This document shows, one piece after another, positions 17,567 through 26,041 of a stretch of DNA of 64,000 nucleotides; within the stretch, counting starts at the first letter, position 1; the number at the start of each line of letters is the position of its first letter. Made by a program: the position numbers and the translations under genes. The DNA is from Spirochaetia bacterium (GTDB lineage: Bacteria > Spirochaetota > Spirochaetia > UBA9216), in assembly GCA_963675665.1 (NCBI GenBank), contig OY776510.1, positions 2,624,001 through 2,688,000 on the forward strand, given 5' to 3'. Under the pieces are notes generated by a model. It saw nothing but the letters and a program-made list of their open reading frames with translations. It was not told where the DNA came from and made no database searches.

Positions 17567-20497
17567 ATGAGTTCAATTGAGTCTTTTAAATGCAGAAGAA
17601 GTCCATTGTTAGGCATGGTGCTTCGTCCATTTGGATATTCATATTTTGGAGCAGAGCAGACTTCTTCAGGTATAAACTTTCTTGGTAAGAAATGTAAGCA
17701 GGTTTTATTCTCAGAAATAACCGGCCCCGCAAAGTTCAAAAAGATTTTCTTCCTCACAATGGTAACTTTCCCGTTGAAATGTGGGGATTTGGTAAAAGTC
17801 GTCGGGTTAACTCAGAATGAGGCGGCCCGATTAATAACTATTTCTAATGCCGGATTATGTCAGTATGTTACCGAGCTATTTCTCGATGCAAAAAAGGAGC
17901 TTCAAACTCTTGCCAAAGCTATTGATCATCTGAAACACCCTCGCCACTATCCATCGGCTTGTTTGCTATCACCATTTCTATCCAGGGCAATAAAAGTTTC
18001 TGAAAAGTTCCCTGAGACGATTCCCAAAGGAGTATTAGAGCATAATCAGCAAAAATTATTAAATATTGTCTTAACGTTCCGGAATGCGCCAGAGAGTGTT
18101 AGAGATGCTGCAATTAAGACATTCATCGAAGAAGAATTGGCTGTGATGAATGATTTCTTTGATAAAATCGAGTCGAACCCTCTGTCGCCGGAACAACGTC
18201 GTGCCGTTATCACTGATGAGGATGCTACTCTTGTACTGGCTGGTGCCGGATCAGGAAAGACTACCGTAATTGTATCTAAAGCTGCTTACCTTATAGAGAA
18301 GGGGATTCGGTCACCTTCAGAAATCCTTCTGATGGCGTTTGGTAGAGATGCAGCTTCCGAGATGGCAAAGCGTATTCAGCAGCATACTGGAGCTTCTGTA
18401 AAATCCCTCACTTTTCACGCTCTCGGTCTCGAGATCATTCGGAAAGTCGAAGGAGTTGCGCCAGCTTTAGCGCCGCATGCTAATGATGATGCTCAGTTGC
18501 GAGTACTATTACGACAAATACTAATCAACGATATTGCCAGGCATCCAAAACTTGGAAGAGTTCTTTTAAAAACATTTTCTGAGTTTTACTGGCCATATAA
18601 GAGTGAATGGGATTTTAAGACAAGAGACGAATATTACCAGTATGTTGAAGCTAATGAACTGCGTACCCTGAAAGGTGAACTTGTCAAGAGTTTTGAGGAA
18701 TTAGAGATTGCGAACTGGCTTTATCTTAATGGTATTGCTTATGAATATGAACCAGATTATGAGTACGAGCTTCCGGAGAATGATCGACGTGCATACACTC
18801 CGGATTTTCGGTTGACAGAGAGTGGCGTATATATCGAACACTTTGGTGTTCGAAAAGCCAATGGACCAAAAGGTTCAACTTTTCTAACCACAGCGCCTTT
18901 TGTAGATCGTAAGAGATATCTTGAGGGTATGACATGGAAACGGAATATTCATAATAAATACGGCACAACTCTTATTGAAACCTACAGCTATGAGAGAATC
19001 GAAGATAGACTCACCGATGCTCTAAAAGAGAAACTCGCGCCTTATGTTACATTAAAACCAATACCTCCGGAACAAGTTTTATATACTCTGTTTGAAATGG
19101 GGCAGGTCGATAAATTTGTACAGTCTCTCGGAACATTCCTTCATCATTTTAAGAGTTCCGGAATGACGATCGAACAATGCCGGAAGAAATGTGTTGGTTC
19201 TGAAGATGCATCGCGCAGCTATGCTTTTATGGAAATTTTTGAACCGCTGTTTAACGCTTATCAGAGGCATTTAGGTAAAAGAATCGATTTTGAGGATATG
19301 ATAATCCAGGCAGCAGAGTATGTTGAATCAGGGCACTATCATAGCCCATATCGTCATCTAATCGTAGATGAGTTTCAGGACATCTCTACTGGGAGAACTC
19401 GTTTACTTCGTGCACTGAAGGGTCAACATGATGATGCACGCATTTTTGCGGTAGGGGATGATTGGCAATCTATCTATCGTTTTACAGGATCGGATATTCA
19501 TTTAATGCGTAACTTTGGGAATGAATTTGGAGGGACTTTCGCAGGTTCGAATGGTGTTCACTGCACAGTAGACTTAGGGCGTACATTTAGAAGTAATGAT
19601 AAGATTGCATTGCCTGCAAGGCGATTCGTTCTCCAGAATCCAGCACAAGTTGAAAAGAAAGTTTTATCAGCGAGTTTTTGTGATACTCCGAAGATCAAGG
19701 TTATGTATTATGTTCGCGCACAGGATGGTGAGGTCCTTAAAACAGCTTTAGAAGAGATTGGACGTAATAACACTGGCCACGCGAGTGTCCTCTTGCTCGG
19801 GCGCTATCATTTTATAAAACCGAATAATCTGGCTGAAATCCAGCAAAGTAATCCAAATATGTTCATCCGTTTCATGACGGTGCATGCATCAAAAGGATTA
19901 GAAGCAGATCACGTTGTGATTTTACACGCAACAACTGAGAAGATGGGGTTTCCTTCAGAGATAGTCGAAGATCCATTTCTTAACCTGGTTTTACCCCAAC
20001 CTGAACATTTTAAGCACGCTGAGGAGCGCAGACTCTTTTATGTTGCACTTACAAGAGCAAGAAAATCAGTAACTATACTCGCAGATCAAGAAAAGCCTTC
20101 GATTTTTGTTCGCGAATTGATAGAACAACCTGAATACGAAACGATAATACTTAGTGAATCGGAATTAGCTGTACATCGTTGCAGTGAATGTGGTGGGCAG
20201 ATGTTAGCTCAGGTCTCCAAGAATGAAAAATTATATTTTGCATGTGTGCATCGGTATCTTTGTGGGCATACGTTGTTACCTTGTAATGTTTGTAGTAAAG
20301 ATATCCCAGTAAGACAATCTGCAAATTCAGATAGGCTTGTTTGCAGCTGCGGCGCGGAATTTTTAGCTTGTCCTGAATGTCGTGATGGGTGGCTTGTTGA
20401 GCGAGTAGGGAAGTATGGAAAATTTTTAGGTTGTGTGAATTATCCAGAGTGTAAGGGCACACGGCCGATTATATTAGTTCAAGTGCCTTTAAAATAA
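17567..20497 (+). CDS. UvrD/HelD (helicase IV)-like helicase with inserted nuclease-like domain and C-terminal topoisomerase-type C4 zinc ribbons
   Basis: AGAGSGKT, VDEFQD, VGDDWQSIYRF, TVHASKGLE, EERRLFYVALTRAR. Insert KSFEE..IANWL..YTPDF..YIEHFG. CxxC repeats and GKFLGCVNYPECK at the C-terminus. Confidence 0.9.
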   Translation: MSSIESFKCRRSPLLGMVLRPFGYSYFGAEQTSSGINFLGKKCKQVLFSEITGPAKFKKIFFLTMVTFPLKCGDLVKVVGLTQNEAARLITISNAGLCQYVTELFLDAKKELQTLAKAIDHLKHPRHYPSACLLSPFLSRAIKVSEKFPETIPKGVLEHNQQKLLNIVLTFRNAPESVRDAAIKTFIEEELAVMNDFFDKIESNPLSPEQRRAVITDEDATLVLAGAGSGKTTVIVSKAAYLIEKGIRSPSEILLMAFGRDAASEMAKRIQQHTGASVKSLTFHALGLEIIRKVEGVAPALAPHANDDAQLRVLLRQILINDIARHPKLGRVLLKTFSEFYWPYKSEWDFKTRDEYYQYVEANELRTLKGELVKSFEELEIANWLYLNGIAYEYEPDYEYELPENDRRAYTPDFRLTESGVYIEHFGVRKANGPKGSTFLTTAPFVDRKRYLEGMTWKRNIHNKYGTTLIETYSYERIEDRLTDALKEKLAPYVTLKPIPPEQVLYTLFEMGQVDKFVQSLGTFLHHFKSSGMTIEQCRKKCVGSEDASRSYAFMEIFEPLFNAYQRHLGKRIDFEDMIIQAAEYVESGHYHSPYRHLIVDEFQDISTGRTRLLRALKGQHDDARIFAVGDDWQSIYRFTGSDIHLMRNFGNEFGGTFAGSNGVHCTVDLGRTFRSNDKIALPARRFVLQNPAQVEKKVLSASFCDTPKIKVMYYVRAQDGEVLKTALEEIGRNNTGHASVLLLGRYHFIKPNNLAEIQQSNPNMFIRFMTVHASKGLEADHVVILHATTEKMGFPSEIVEDPFLNLVLPQPEHFKHAEERRLFYVALTRARKSVTILADQEKPSIFVRELIEQPEYETIILSESELAVHRCSECGGQMLAQVSKNEKLYFACVHRYLCGHTLLPCNVCSKDIPVRQSANSDRLVCSCGAEFLACPECRDGWLVERVGKYGKFLGCVNYPECKGTRPIILVQVPLK

Positions 20498-20534
20498 AAA
20501 TGATCATATTAAAAGAAAAAGGAGATTATAATGT

Positions 20535-20620
20535 ATCATCCAAGTGAAAGATCAGTTTTAGATCATGCGTTTTATCTAATCCTTGTCTGCTTTGAACAGC
20601 CATTCTTCATGCGGCAGCAT
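20535..20620 (-). pseudogene. Collapsed HEPN partner of the adjacent MNT
   Basis: Minus strand MLPHEEWLFKADKD* is followed within a few nt, in another frame, by THDLKLI (HEPN K/R-THDL motif). Confidence 0.5.
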
Positions 20621-20930
20621 AGAGTTTTTTCCCTTGATGTATGATTTTAAAAATAAGGGTAGAAGGGTGTTCTTTTCTGTCTTCGATTTCGTTTTCTGTT
20701 AGGACAAGTAAATCAATAGGTATTCTTATTCCTTCTAAAGCTCTTAATCCGTCACGGATTCTATCTGCTTGTGATTTATCGGAATCTTTAAGAACTATGC
20801 ATAAATCAATATCACTGTCGTTTGACGGTGCGCCCCAGGCATAGGAGCCGTACAGGAATATCTCAATAGGCTGATATAAGTCGATGAGGCGTTTGGTTAT
20901 TTCGTCAAGATTTAATTCTTTGACTTCCAT
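20607..20930 (-). CDS. Minimal nucleotidyltransferase (MNT)
   Basis: LYGSYAWGAPSNDSDIDL and PIDLLV motifs. Confidence 0.88.
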   Translation of the reverse strand: MEVKELNLDEITKRLIDLYQPIEIFLYGSYAWGAPSNDSDIDLCIVLKDSDKSQADRIRDGLRALEGIRIPIDLLVLTENEIEDRKEHPSTLIFKIIHQGKKLYAAA

Positions 20931-21198
20931 AGGTTATATTAACTGTAGTATGATTGATAATCAAGGATAAAAACAATTGCGCCGGCATCATTAACTTACT
21001 TTTCTATGGGAATTATAAACACTACAATTTAGTTCATTACCGCAAGTCCCCCGGACTAAGACATTGCAATCATCAGGTAAGTTATTTAGAGTTGCCTGAT
21101 GGATTTAGCGAAACAAGTAAGAAACGAAATCAAAAATACATGAGCGGTCGACTATATTTCGGGAATTGCCTGTGTAGCGTGCAGTATAAGGATAAATA

Positions 21199-21236
21199 TT
21201 GAATTTTATCAAGATTATTGTTATACTTGTATAACA
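21199..21236 (+). promoter_or_regulatory. relBE promoter with operator palindrome
   Basis: TTGAAT-17bp-TATACT, overlapped by TGTTATAC-TT-GTATAACA (21219-21236). Confidence 0.6.
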
Positions 21237-21246
21237 GGAGGATCTT

Positions 21247-21459
21247 ATGATTGCAGTAAGACTTGAAGAAGATCTTGAAAAACGGTTGGAACATTTATCC
21301 CGGGAAACCGGTCGCAGTAAAAGTTATTATGTAAAGCAGGCTATTGAAAATTATCTCGATGACAGGGAAGACTATCTTTTGGCATTATCTGTTCTTGAGG
21401 CGGAAGAACCGGTTAAAAGCATCGAAGAAGTGAGGAAAGAGCTTGGGTTGGTCCGTTAA
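21247..21459 (+). CDS. relB: RelB-like RHH antitoxin
   Basis: MIAVRL...L...TGRSKSYYVKQAIENYLDD.ED. Confidence 0.85.
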   Translation: MIAVRLEEDLEKRLEHLSRETGRSKSYYVKQAIENYLDDREDYLLALSVLEAEEPVKSIEEVRKELGLVR

Positions 21460-21715
21460 ATTTTCAAACACAGCTGTTAAACAATTAAAAAAAATTGACA
21501 AAAAATGTCAGGCAAAAATACTTGATTTTCTTGAGGATGAAATAGCGAATGCAGATGATCCTAAAATAAAAGGAAAGATTCTAACCGGTGATAAAAAAGG
21601 ATTTTGGCGTTACCGCATCGGAAACTACAGAGTTATTTGTGATATACAACATAACGAATTGGTAATTCTTGCTCTTACTATCGGCCACAGAAAAAATGTA
21701 TACAAAGATAAATAA
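21443..21715 (+). CDS. relE: RelE/ParE-family toxin
   Basis: GK.LTG...GFWRYRIGNYRVIC...IGHRKNVY. Confidence 0.9.
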   Translation: MGWSVKFSNTAVKQLKKIDKKCQAKILDFLEDEIANADDPKIKGKILTGDKKGFWRYRIGNYRVICDIQHNELVILALTIGHRKNVYKDK

Positions 21716-21784
21716 TCACTGTCCCGGAGTATATTGTACAATACAGGAATGCGAATGTGTCGGAATAAATACCGTTCTTAATCA

Positions 21785-21892
21785 TCCGTGATCATACCTA
21801 CGCCTACGGCTTCGGTGCTGCTAGTTTAAGTCAGACTATATGGTTTAACGCAGTCCGTGTGACCACATATCTTTTCCCGATATATCCGTGGT
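21785..21892 (-). repeat. CACGGA-family intergenic repeat, copy B (filled, inverted)
   Basis: Reverse complement of 21793-21860 differs from 32337-32404 at two positions. Confidence 0.9.
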
Positions 21893-22001
21893 TATATGTC
21901 TCTCTTCTTTTATCAATAGTTGAAATCTGTGATATATTTTTGATGAAGATTTTGATAATATAAGCGGTAGAATATGGCAGATAGTGCAGGGAGCTGATTT
22001 G

Positions 22002-23498
22002 ATGAACTACGACGTAATTATTATTGGGGCCGGAATCATCGGCGGAGCTGTTGCGCGTGAGCTTTCACGGTACAATTTAAAAATACTTGCTCTTGAAAAA
22101 GAGCAGGATGTATGCTGCGGAATATCAAAGGCAAATACGGGCATAATACACTCTCCCGCTTTCATCACTCCCGGAACATTGAAGGCGAAAATGACGATAA
22201 GCGGTTTTTCCGCGTTTGATAAACTCAGTGATGAACTTGGGTTCCGTTATCAAAAGAAAGGCGCGCTGCTGCTGGCATATTCAGATGAAGAAAAAGATAC
22301 CCTGGAAAGATATATACAAAACGGAATTGAAAATTATTCACTTACAGACAGTTCTCCGCCGGAATACAGAATTCTGAGCGGTCGCGAACTAAGGGCTTTT
22401 GAACCGGAACTGAGTCCGGATGTTACAGCAGCGCTTTTTCTTCCTGATGTCGGGAGGATTATCCCGTATGAGTATGGAATCGCTCTCTGGGAGAATGCTG
22501 TGAAAAACGGTGTGGAGCTGAAACTCGGCGCGCGCGTAACAGGAATTTTAAAAGCGAAGACGGAGGGCTTATGGAGGGTGTCCGTTTCAGGCAGTGAATC
22601 ATTCAGTTCGGAATTTGTTGTTAACGCTGCCGGCCATGGAAGCAACAGGCTCGGTTTGTCCGCCGGGTTCGATGATTCCGGGATCCAGAAGGTCAAGGGA
22701 CAGTATATAATACTGGAGAAGAATACCGGCCCGGCTGTAAACCATATTCTGTTCCAGGTGCCGAAAAGGGGCATTCAGAACAAGGGTAAGGGAATCCTGG
22801 TAACCAGAACGGTATATGGAAATATTATGATCGGCCCGGACGCCCAATGGCAGAACGATGAAGATGATACTTCAACCGATCTTGAGGCGCTGTATGAGGT
22901 TATTGACGGCGCTCTTGAAAGCATTCCTGGACTTGATATATCCAAATGCATTAAAACCTTTGCAGGCGTCCGGCCGAAACCCTCAGGGGGAGATTTCATA
23001 ATTCAGGATATGGATAAGTTTATTCATCTGTGCGGGATTGAGTCTCCGGGTATTACATCATCACCCGCTATTGCCGTGGAGGTAGTGCAACGGCTTGAAG
23101 TCATGGGACTCAGTCTTGTTCCCGGCGCCGCATTTCAGCCACGTCGCAGGCCCATTGTAGAAACGGTTCTTGATTTGCCTCCGGACGAGGTTAAACGGCG
23201 CGTCGGGGTTCCGCATGGAGATCACGACAGGCTGATCTGCAGATGCGAGCAGGTCCCGGAACTGCGTATTATGGATGCGGCAAACCGGGGAATTCCGGTG
23301 CTGACCCTGGACGGAATTAAGCGCAGGACCCGCGCAGGGCAGGGACGCTGTCAGGGGGCATTTTGCGGCCCGCGGGTCAGAAGTATTCTATCGTCTGTCT
23401 ATGGGATACCGGAGGATGCTGTGTCGCAACGCGGTACGGAGCCCGAACCGGACAGGATTTCGGCACAGGACCTCAGAGCGGCTTTGCGGCGTCAATAA
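22002..23498 (+). CDS. FAD-dependent oxidoreductase (GlpA/L-2-hydroxyglutarate oxidase-like) with C-terminal BFD-like [2Fe-2S] domain
   Basis: IIGAGIIG, SKANTGIIH, GIESPGITSSPAIA and ICRCE...GRCQGAFC motifs. Confidence 0.88.
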   Translation: MNYDVIIIGAGIIGGAVARELSRYNLKILALEKEQDVCCGISKANTGIIHSPAFITPGTLKAKMTISGFSAFDKLSDELGFRYQKKGALLLAYSDEEKDTLERYIQNGIENYSLTDSSPPEYRILSGRELRAFEPELSPDVTAALFLPDVGRIIPYEYGIALWENAVKNGVELKLGARVTGILKAKTEGLWRVSVSGSESFSSEFVVNAAGHGSNRLGLSAGFDDSGIQKVKGQYIILEKNTGPAVNHILFQVPKRGIQNKGKGILVTRTVYGNIMIGPDAQWQNDEDDTSTDLEALYEVIDGALESIPGLDISKCIKTFAGVRPKPSGGDFIIQDMDKFIHLCGIESPGITSSPAIAVEVVQRLEVMGLSLVPGAAFQPRRRPIVETVLDLPPDEVKRRVGVPHGDHDRLICRCEQVPELRIMDAANRGIPVLTLDGIKRRTRAGQGRCQGAFCGPRVRSILSSVYGIPEDAVSQRGTEPEPDRISAQDLRAALRRQ

Positions 23499-23542
23499 AA
23501 TACGGGCTGACTTCACATTTTTATACAAAATTGTATGTAGGG

Positions 23543-23572
23543 GGCTTCTAAAAACTGCAGTTTTTAGAAGCC
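23543..23572. repeat. Perfect 30-bp palindrome (REP-like)
   Basis: GGCTTCTAAAAACTGCAGTTTTTAGAAGCC equals its own reverse complement. Confidence 0.85.
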
Positions 23573-23901
23573 GACTTTAGATTTAGCATAACTGAGAGCA
23601 GTCATTTAATCGCTCAGTTTAAGTTACAAACAATTTTATGATCAACATGGTCCAGGAGCAGGGTAATTTACTGGGTAGCAAATAATTTTATCGGGGGATG
23701 GCCATTGATTCCGTTATCACTTTCATTATGTATTGGGGACTGGTAAAAAAGAGGCAACTAACAAAAAATTCTTGTCTGTTCGAACAGAGGGTTAATTGTA
23801 AAACAATGCAAAATATCCAAAATCCGGTAAAACTACTTTAAAATAATCCATTATTGGAGTATAATCCAAATATATAGGTAAATAACTGGAGTATAGTCTA
23901 A

Positions 23902-25113
23902 ATGTTAAATGCGTTTTTCTCAACTTACAGAAGGTTACTTGGAAATACTAATTACAGGCACCATAGATATATCTATAAGGAATTCAATACAGACAATCGT
24001 CTGACCGGTTTGATTGGGCCTCGTGGAACCGGCAAAACTACGCTTTTGTTGCAATACATCAATGAGAAGATTGATAATAAAGACGATTGTATCTATGTCT
24101 CGATTGATCATATCTACTTTTCACAGAACAGCTTACTGGATTTTATAAATGAATTATATGATGATTACGGAATAAGATATTTCTTTTTTGATGAGATTCA
24201 TAAATATCCGAACTGGAACCAGGAATTAAAAAACGCATATGACTCATATCCGGATATAAAGATAGTTTTCTCAGGCAGCTCCAGTATTGATTTGATAAAG
24301 GGAACCTATGATCTTTCCAGGCGGGGAGTTCTTTACCGAATAGGGGGTATGTCCTTCAGGGAGTATCTTCTTTTTAATAATATCCTTGATGTCGAAGCTG
24401 TAAGCCTGGAGCAGATATTGAATGAGAGGGTAAAGCTCGAAGAAAAAGTTTCAGGTATTAAAAGGATAAAAGGACATTTTAAGGATTATCTTGGAACGGG
24501 ATATTACCCGTTTTACATGGAGGATAAGGCTTCCTATAACCAGAAGATTTTAAGGATAATAGAAAAGGCTATTTTTGAAGATATTTCCAACTTTTATAAT
24601 CTTAAAACTGAAAATCTTTCAAATTTCAAAAGGATATTATCGTATTTGGCGACTATCCCTCCCGGAGAATTGAATAGAAACAGTATTTCGAGGAATATCG
24701 GGTTGGATAATAAAACAATACAGAACTACCTGAATATTCTAAAAGAAACCGGATTGATAGAATTGTTGAGAGAGAACAGATCAGGGAGCAATATTCTCAG
24801 GCAGACGGAAAAGATATATCTGGATAACCAGGATTTATATTCTGCAATAATACAAGAAATCGGATACGAATCTAAGGTAGGAACTATAAGGGAGATTTTC
24901 TTTATAAAGATGATTAAAAACTCCGGGCATAAGATTTTTTATGATAAAACGGGAGATTTCGAGGTTGATAATATTATATTCGAGATAGGCGGAAAGAATA
25001 AGAATCTGAAGCAGATTAAAGACAAGCTGGACAATGCATATCTGGTAAAAGATGATATTTTGGTTGGCAGTAAATACGAAATTCCGTTGTACCTGTTTGG
25101 GTTCCTGTACTAA
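23902..25113 (+). CDS. AAA+ ATPase (AAA_14 with DUF4143-like C-terminus)
   Basis: GPRGTGKT, FFDEIHKY, SGSS, DLSRR, GYYPF and FEIGGK motifs. Confidence 0.88.
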   Translation: MLNAFFSTYRRLLGNTNYRHHRYIYKEFNTDNRLTGLIGPRGTGKTTLLLQYINEKIDNKDDCIYVSIDHIYFSQNSLLDFINELYDDYGIRYFFFDEIHKYPNWNQELKNAYDSYPDIKIVFSGSSSIDLIKGTYDLSRRGVLYRIGGMSFREYLLFNNILDVEAVSLEQILNERVKLEEKVSGIKRIKGHFKDYLGTGYYPFYMEDKASYNQKILRIIEKAIFEDISNFYNLKTENLSNFKRILSYLATIPPGELNRNSISRNIGLDNKTIQNYLNILKETGLIELLRENRSGSNILRQTEKIYLDNQDLYSAIIQEIGYESKVGTIREIFFIKMIKNSGHKIFYDKTGDFEVDNIIFEIGGKNKNLKQIKDKLDNAYLVKDDILVGSKYEIPLYLFGFLY

Positions 25114-25150
25114 CGGTGATTATTATAAAGTTCACAACGTTACACAAATA

Positions 25151-25203
25151 ACACGGATGTGTGCGGTACAGCGGAGCAGCGGTGCACGGACGAATTACCG
25201 GAA
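25151..25203 (+). repeat. CACGGA-family repeat, copy E (empty, degenerate)
   Basis: ACACGGAT...GCGGTACAG...GCACGGAC...ACCGGA; shares GCGGTACAG with copy C. Confidence 0.55.
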
Positions 25204-25272
25204 ATATCACGTGATAGTAACAAGTGACGGTCTGCAAAGAGGAAGAAAAGAACGTGCAGCGAATGAAGAAAT

Positions 25273-25434
25273 GATGATCCTAAAATAAAAGGAAAGATTC
25301 TAACCGGTGATAAAAAAGGATTTTGGCGTTACCGCATCGGAAACTACAGAGTTATTTGTGATATACAACATAACGAATTGGTAATTCTTGCTCTTACTAT
25401 CGGCCACAGAAAAAATGCATACAAAGATAAATAG
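25273..25434 (+). pseudogene. Duplicated 3' half of relE
   Basis: 25273-25433 matches 21554-21714 with one visible mismatch. Confidence 0.9.
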
Positions 25435-25573
25435 TAGCTGTCCTGAATGCCGGAGTCGTAATCCCAAGAAGTTCGGCAGCTTTTGCTGCATTACCGCCGG
25501 TTTTCTTCATCGCTTCGCGATAATAGTGTGATTCGGTATTATTCAGCATTGAACGAAAATCAACGCCTCGTAT

Positions 25574-25912
25574 TTGGACAAAATCGTTAAAACATATTAT
25601 AAAGAGAGAAAAGGGATAATTGACGATGAGTTTTATACAGAGCCGGATGAATACTCAATCGATAGGTGTATAGATTATAGAAATATTAGACTGAATCAGG
25701 TAATTACTGCAGAAAAAAAGATCTTTGAATATGAATACGATTTCGGCGACGACTGGGAACACAGGATTGAACTTGAAAAAGTCCTGACAGAACATAACCA
25801 GCAATACCCAGACTGCGGAGGTCCTTTCGGTTATTCCGATCTATTGGAGATCATATCCGATAAAAAGCACGAAGAATACCGGGAGACTATTGAATGGCTG
25901 GGTGATAAATGA
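25574..25912 (+). pseudogene. Fragment of pRiA4b ORF-3-like protein
   Basis: YEYDFGDDWEHRIELE and DCGGPFGY...HEEY..TIEWLG are present; the N-terminus and the GxRAxPPE segment are missing. Confidence 0.7.
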
Positions 25913-25969
25913 ATTGCTAATGGAAGAGGATTACGGTTGTCCGACTATAGATGATGACTATCTTTTATA

Positions 25970-26027
25970 GCCATTCTTCATGCGGCAGCATATAATTTTT
26001 TTCCTTGATGTATTATCTTAAAAATAA
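25970..26027 (-). pseudogene. Relic copy of the MNT 3' end/HEPN start
   Basis: Near-copy of 20599-20656 (GCCATTCTTCATGCGGCAGCATA...CCTTGATGTAT...TAAAAATAA). Confidence 0.75.
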
Positions 26028-26041
26028 AAAAGGAGAAAGCT

